Part shown: positions 21,743-24,874 of the stretch, in pieces | How the letters are laid out: every line of letters starts with the position of its first letter | Position numbering within the stretch: position 1 is the first letter of the stretch | Assembly (NCBI GenBank): GCA_035063585.1 | Contig: JAPSGB010000056.1 | Location: 1-24,874 of the forward strand | From: Polyangiaceae bacterium | GTDB taxonomy: Bacteria > Myxococcota_A > Polyangia > Polyangiales > Polyangiaceae | Reading direction: 5' to 3' | DNA length: 24,874 nucleotides | Notes under the pieces: model-generated | Seen by the model: the letters and a program-made list of their open reading frames with translations, nothing else | What the model was told of the DNA's origin: nothing | The model's database searches: none | Position numbers and translations under genes: made by a program

Positions 21743-21910
21743 GCTGACGAAGAGCCTACCTGGGGCTCGGACGGAGCCAAGCTGGCCGTCGTGTCCGCCG
21801 TTGACGGAAGTTCCGCGAGCTACGTCAGGACAGCGGACGGCTCGGAGCCGACGCGCCTCACCACCGACCCCGCGGCGGACTCTCACCCGTCGTTCAGTGG
21901 CATGCCGTGA
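21743..21910 (+). pseudogene. Start-less C-terminal fragment of a PD40/TolB-like beta-propeller protein (not in the ORF track)
   Basis: ADEEPTWGSDGAKLAVVSAVDGSSASYVRTADGSEPTRLTTDPAADSHPSFSGMP* resembles decayed P-x-W-S-P-D-G repeats. Confidence 0.7.
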
Positions 21911-21935
21911 CGAGCGGACAGCCCTGCAGAACGGT

Positions 21936-22328
21936 TCAGCACTCCACCAGCGGGAGCCTCGGGTCGATTCGCTTCAGATTGCCGGCATCACTCGTCACGA
22001 CCATGGCCGCATGCCGGCGAGCAAGGAGCGCGACGCTGGCATCGATCACGTCGCTGCTCCCGCTTCGCCCACAGAGCACGCCAGCGGCTTGCGCTTCTTC
22101 GCGATCCAGCGCCTGCACTTCGATGATCCCCGATCCGACGAGTCGCGCCAGACGGGCTTGCCGCTTCCCGTCCCGCCACACCCGACCCACGACTCCCGCC
22201 GGCGAGTGCAACGGGACACCGTGAGCCATCGCGAGCTCGATCAGCGCCCGCACCTTCCTGTCGTTGCGCTCGAAGGCGATCAGGGCGCCAGCATCCAGCA
22301 CTACAGACCGAGGACGTCGCGTGCCCAC
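21936..22328 (-). CDS. PIN-domain (VapC-like) toxin
   Basis: VLDAGAL, DVIDASV and VVTSD motifs. GTG at 22328 has an AGGAGG SD; an alternative GTG at 22301 overlaps the antitoxin stop. Confidence 0.85.
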   Translation of the reverse strand: MGTRRPRSVVLDAGALIAFERNDRKVRALIELAMAHGVPLHSPAGVVGRVWRDGKRQARLARLVGSGIIEVQALDREEAQAAGVLCGRSGSSDVIDASVALLARRHAAMVVTSDAGNLKRIDPRLPLVEC

Positions 22329-22528
22329 TGCTCCTCCTGCTTCGTGGCCGGACCGTTCTCGGACCTCATCTCCGCGAGAAGGGCCGCAAGGTCCTCGCGA
22401 CGTGCCTTCTCTTCCATCGCGGAATCGACCCACGCGCTGACCGATTTCGCCCGCCCCCCTTTCACTTGCCGCTCGACCTTGGCCAGCAGCTGCCGCCGCA
22501 CGGTCACCGTCACCCGCGCCTTCTGCAT
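22301..22528 (-). CDS. Ribbon-helix-helix-type antitoxin (VapB-like)
   Basis: 75 aa with an N-terminal strand KARVTVTV and SVSAWV helix. It lies upstream of and overlaps the PIN gene. Confidence 0.8.
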   Translation of the reverse strand: MQKARVTVTVRRQLLAKVERQVKGGRAKSVSAWVDSAMEEKARREDLAALLAEMRSENGPATKQEEQWARDVLGL

Positions 22529-22540
22529 ACGAAACTCGTA
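22528..22540. promoter_or_regulatory. Palindromic operator candidate abutting the antitoxin start codon
   Basis: TACGA-AAC-TCGTA inverted repeat. There is a TTGCAC on the minus strand at 22562-22557 and no SD before the ATG. Confidence 0.45.
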
Positions 22541-22773
22541 CTCAGCCGGGGGTCCGGTGCAAGGGGCAGGGTGCCACTTTACGACCCCATGGGGCCAAGT
22601 CGGGGCGAGGTCATCGGCATGGACGACTACGCCCACGGCTCCGTGCGCGACACGAATCAGCGCTGCGTGCGCGCAGAGTGCCCGGCGGTAGAGGGCGATG
22701 CATGCAGCCGCCGCACGGCCGGCGCGCCGGGTGGGCGGGACTGAGCTCGACGGCGCCTGCGCTCAGCCGATGC

Positions 22774-23177
22774 TCATGCGCCTTCGACCGCGCTGAGTAG
22801 CTCATCGAGCTTGGCGTCGAGATCCTGTCCGCCGGCTCCGCACGCGCGACGATCTCCCGCACGAGCCCACAGCTCGCGAACAGCAGATCGACGACGACCC
22901 CCTGCGGGCTCGCGAGGCGTACCGTCGAGAGCCTGCGCGCGAGCTCGTGTTCGACGACCGCGATGAGGCGATACCCCGCCGCCGAGAGCTCGCGCACGAG
23001 CTTCTCCGCGTCAGGAGCGTCGCAGACGAGCACCGCGAAGTCGACATCTCGCGTGAACCGGACCTCGGCGCGGATCGAGACGGCGAGCCCGCCGACGAGA
23101 GCGAAGGCTCGACCACGCCCTCCAAGCTCCGTGATGATGGCGCGGAGCCCATCTTCGAGCGCGTGGACATCAGTCAT
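22774..23177 (-). pseudogene. MenT1 (Rv0078A)-like nucleotidyltransferase toxin, internally deleted and frameshifted
   Basis: ALVGGLAVS...RFTRDVD...ARRL...VVVDLLFASCG is intact to ~22835. The family-like tail GQDLDAKLDELL...TGA (22776-22774) follows in a different frame, and the K/DxxD region is missing. Confidence 0.75.
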
Positions 23178-23260
23178 CGCGCTCCAGCCACGTCTGCACC
23201 ATCGCGTCGAGCTCCTCGTCGGTCGCGTCCAGGTGGCGCTTCCGCAGGGCCGGCGGCAAC
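23170..23260 (-). pseudogene. Remnant of a MenA1 (Rv0078B)-like antitoxin
   Basis: LRKRHLDATDEELDAMVQTWLERDD* overlaps the NTase ATG by 8 nt. No convincing start or N-terminal helix is present. Confidence 0.55.
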
Positions 23261-23515
23261 TCCAGGCTTGGGGCGCGCTCGCCGGCGGCGGGCGGCTGGT
23301 TCTTTGTGGGCGCGCCGCGGCCCGGGCGCACCGCGGCGCTCTCGCGCGCGTCGGGGCGTGTCGAGTCGCTCCGCCGGGACGGGCTCACCGAGCTTCCCGC
23401 CGATGGCGGCGCTCGCGAACCCAGGCGGGCCGCGCGCGGGCGCGAGCGTGGTGGGTTCGGTCGGCTCGCGGAGCGCGGTGAGCTAACGGCGGGTGCCGGC
23501 GCTGGTGATGACGGT

Positions 23516-24010
23516 TCACTCCGTCCGACGAAGCACGAGCTCTGGAGCCTGCTCGATGACGATGGCGAGACTCGCCGGCCCGAGGATTCGAACGCGCACC
23601 GAGGGAACGGTCCGCGGTTCGGTCGCCCCGGCGAGCTCGCGTTGCTCTTCGAAGGTATGACCGCTACAGCTCTCGGCGGTGAGTCGAACGGCGCCGCCGT
23701 CGCTCGAGTACCGACCGTCGCACTGGCGCATGAAGGTCGCGCCGGGCACGGTCTCGCTGTCGTAGAGCACGTAACGGCCAGACGGAAGCCGTGGCGCTCC
23801 AAGACAGAGCGTGACCCTGCGAGCGGGCTGCTCGACGGCGTAGCACCCGACCGGCGCTGCACCCGGCTCCGCCGTCGGGGCGCGCGGGGTGGCGTCTCCG
23901 CCCCCGCCGCATGCTGCGAGCAGCGACAGGCCTGCTCCGAGCACGGCGCTGTGACCTCGCCCCTCGGTAGCGGTGGCCGCGATGGTAAACCCTGGCCAGG
24001 GCCGATTCAT
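23516..24010 (-). CDS. Hypothetical lipoprotein
   Basis: Lipobox LAAC followed by a Gly linker and four further Cys. The start is uncertain; the ATG overlaps the upstream stop (ATGA). Confidence 0.6.
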   Translation of the reverse strand: MNRPWPGFTIAATATEGRGHSAVLGAGLSLLAACGGGGDATPRAPTAEPGAAPVGCYAVEQPARRVTLCLGAPRLPSGRYVLYDSETVPGATFMRQCDGRYSSDGGAVRLTAESCSGHTFEEQRELAGATEPRTVPSVRVRILGPASLAIVIEQAPELVLRRTE

Positions 24011-24177
24011 CGGGCTCTCCTTGCGCGCGGTGGCGCCAAGCGATCAGTGCTCCACGGTGGCGGAGCGTGCTCTTCGAAGCGGGCGTGGGCGTCACGGAGT
24101 TCCCCGAGTTCCGTCTCGCACCGCTCTGCTTCGCGTACGGTCTGGAAGTCGGCTGCCTGCATGACGACGCGACCCAT
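24007..24177 (-). CDS. Small hypothetical protein (56 aa), possibly leaderless or truncated
   Basis: TACACT -10-like hexamer 6 nt before the ATG, and an ATGA overlap with the next gene. Confidence 0.35.
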   Translation of the reverse strand: MGRVVMQAADFQTVREAERCETELGELRDAHARFEEHAPPPWSTDRLAPPRARRAR

Positions 24178-24683
24178 GCGCCGAGTGTAGCGCGCGGGCG
24201 GAGCGCCGGGCCCAGCGACGTTCATCGATCGAGGCGACGAAGCAGCGGGCAGGATTCGAGCCGTTCAGCCTGTGTTGGTGATCTGCGGCGGGGGCCGGCT
24301 GCGCGAAGTGAGCGTGCAGTCGCGCCACTGGGCCGTGTGAGCACGAGCCCATCCGCTGGCCCACGTTGGCGTCGCCCGCGTCGCCAGAGGCGATCCTGCC
24401 CGCGTCCATCGCGCCGCCAGCAGCCTGAGTCGGTCGCAGGAGCGATGGCTTGTCGGGCTGATGGGGGTTGGCTCGGCGCGGAACCACGCGCCGAGGGCGG
24501 CGCGCGGTCTCGATGCACGCGGCGGGTCGAGCTCGCCGGACCCGCCGCGCAGGCGCGCGCGAGGCGGACCAGCAGCCGGAGCGGGTCCAGTGCAGAGCGG
24601 TTCCAGCGCCAGGACCAAGGTTCCATACGGAACCAGAACCGGCGTGCGGGCGCCCATCGTGTCGGAAGCCGCCCCGATGGCGG

Positions 24684-24713
24684 TTGACAAGGAATCGCCA
24701 GCAATGCTATTCG
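24684..24713 (+). promoter_or_regulatory. Putative sigma70 promoter
   Basis: Perfect TTGACA, 18-nt spacer, then TG-C-TATTCG (weak extended -10). Confidence 0.45.
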
Positions 24714-24736
24714 CGGATCCAAGGGGGACACACTCG

Positions 24737-24874
24737 ATGTACCGAACGGCTCTCGGCTCTCGGCTCTCGGCGGTAGCGGTCTGTTCTTGCTGCTGCTCTT
24801 CGCCCTGGGGTTGAGCGCGTGCAAGCAGCCGCCGGTCCAGATCCTCTTGGACGGGTTTTCGGTGTACGAGGCCC
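24737..24874 (+). pseudogene. Lipoprotein gene 5' end, out of frame at a heptamer repeat (continues beyond the window)
   Basis: AAGGGGG SD and ATG at 24737. The signal peptide LFLLLLFALGLSAC-KQPP is in another frame that has no start codon of its own. Confidence 0.6.
24747..24771. repeat. Heptanucleotide simple sequence repeat (CGGCTCT)3 + CGGC
   Basis: Read directly at 24747-24753, 24754-24760 and 24761-24767. Confidence 0.9.

Noticed and set aside
21890..24270. Integron cassette array (co-oriented small genes, TA pairs, repeated TGAAC at stop codons)
   Set aside because: No RYYYAAC...GTTRRRY pairs with attC-length palindromic spacing were found by eye, and there is no intI in the window. 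IntegronFinder would settle it.
24222..24700. Several overlapping ORFs in both directions
   Set aside because: None has a convincing SD, codon bias or motif; probably decayed or non-coding sequence.

Overview
Very GC-rich bacterial DNA, most likely Myxococcota (Polyangiales-like), judged from a MYXO-CTERM-type sorting tail and many Pro/Ala-rich lipoproteins. The left half is core chromosome: an unannotated membrane-protein gene running off the left edge, parB-parA (minus strand), a divergent 60-aa acidic microprotein with a long structured leader and its own terminator, then tig-clpP-clpX-lon, tRNA-Val(TAC) and ald. A ~2-kb integrase-less islet lies between tRNA-Asp(GTC) and a degenerate copy of its 3' end; it carries two lipoproteins and a nucleotidyltransferase/small-partner pair. 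The middle holds envelope and metabolic genes: a lipoprotein, a TonB-C-like protein, a delta-9-type desaturase, a J-domain protein, an N-formylglutamate amidohydrolase-family protein, a NAGPA+FG-GAP+MYXO-CTERM surface enzyme, an M19 dipeptidase and a multi-zinc-ribbon protein. The right ~3 kb is a decaying accessory region: a PD40/TolB fragment, an RHH-PIN TA pair, a pseudogenised MenA1-MenT1-like TA, a lipoprotein, and a lipoprotein gene frameshifted by a (CGGCTCT)3 repeat. All calls are by-eye motif recognition; no searches were run.
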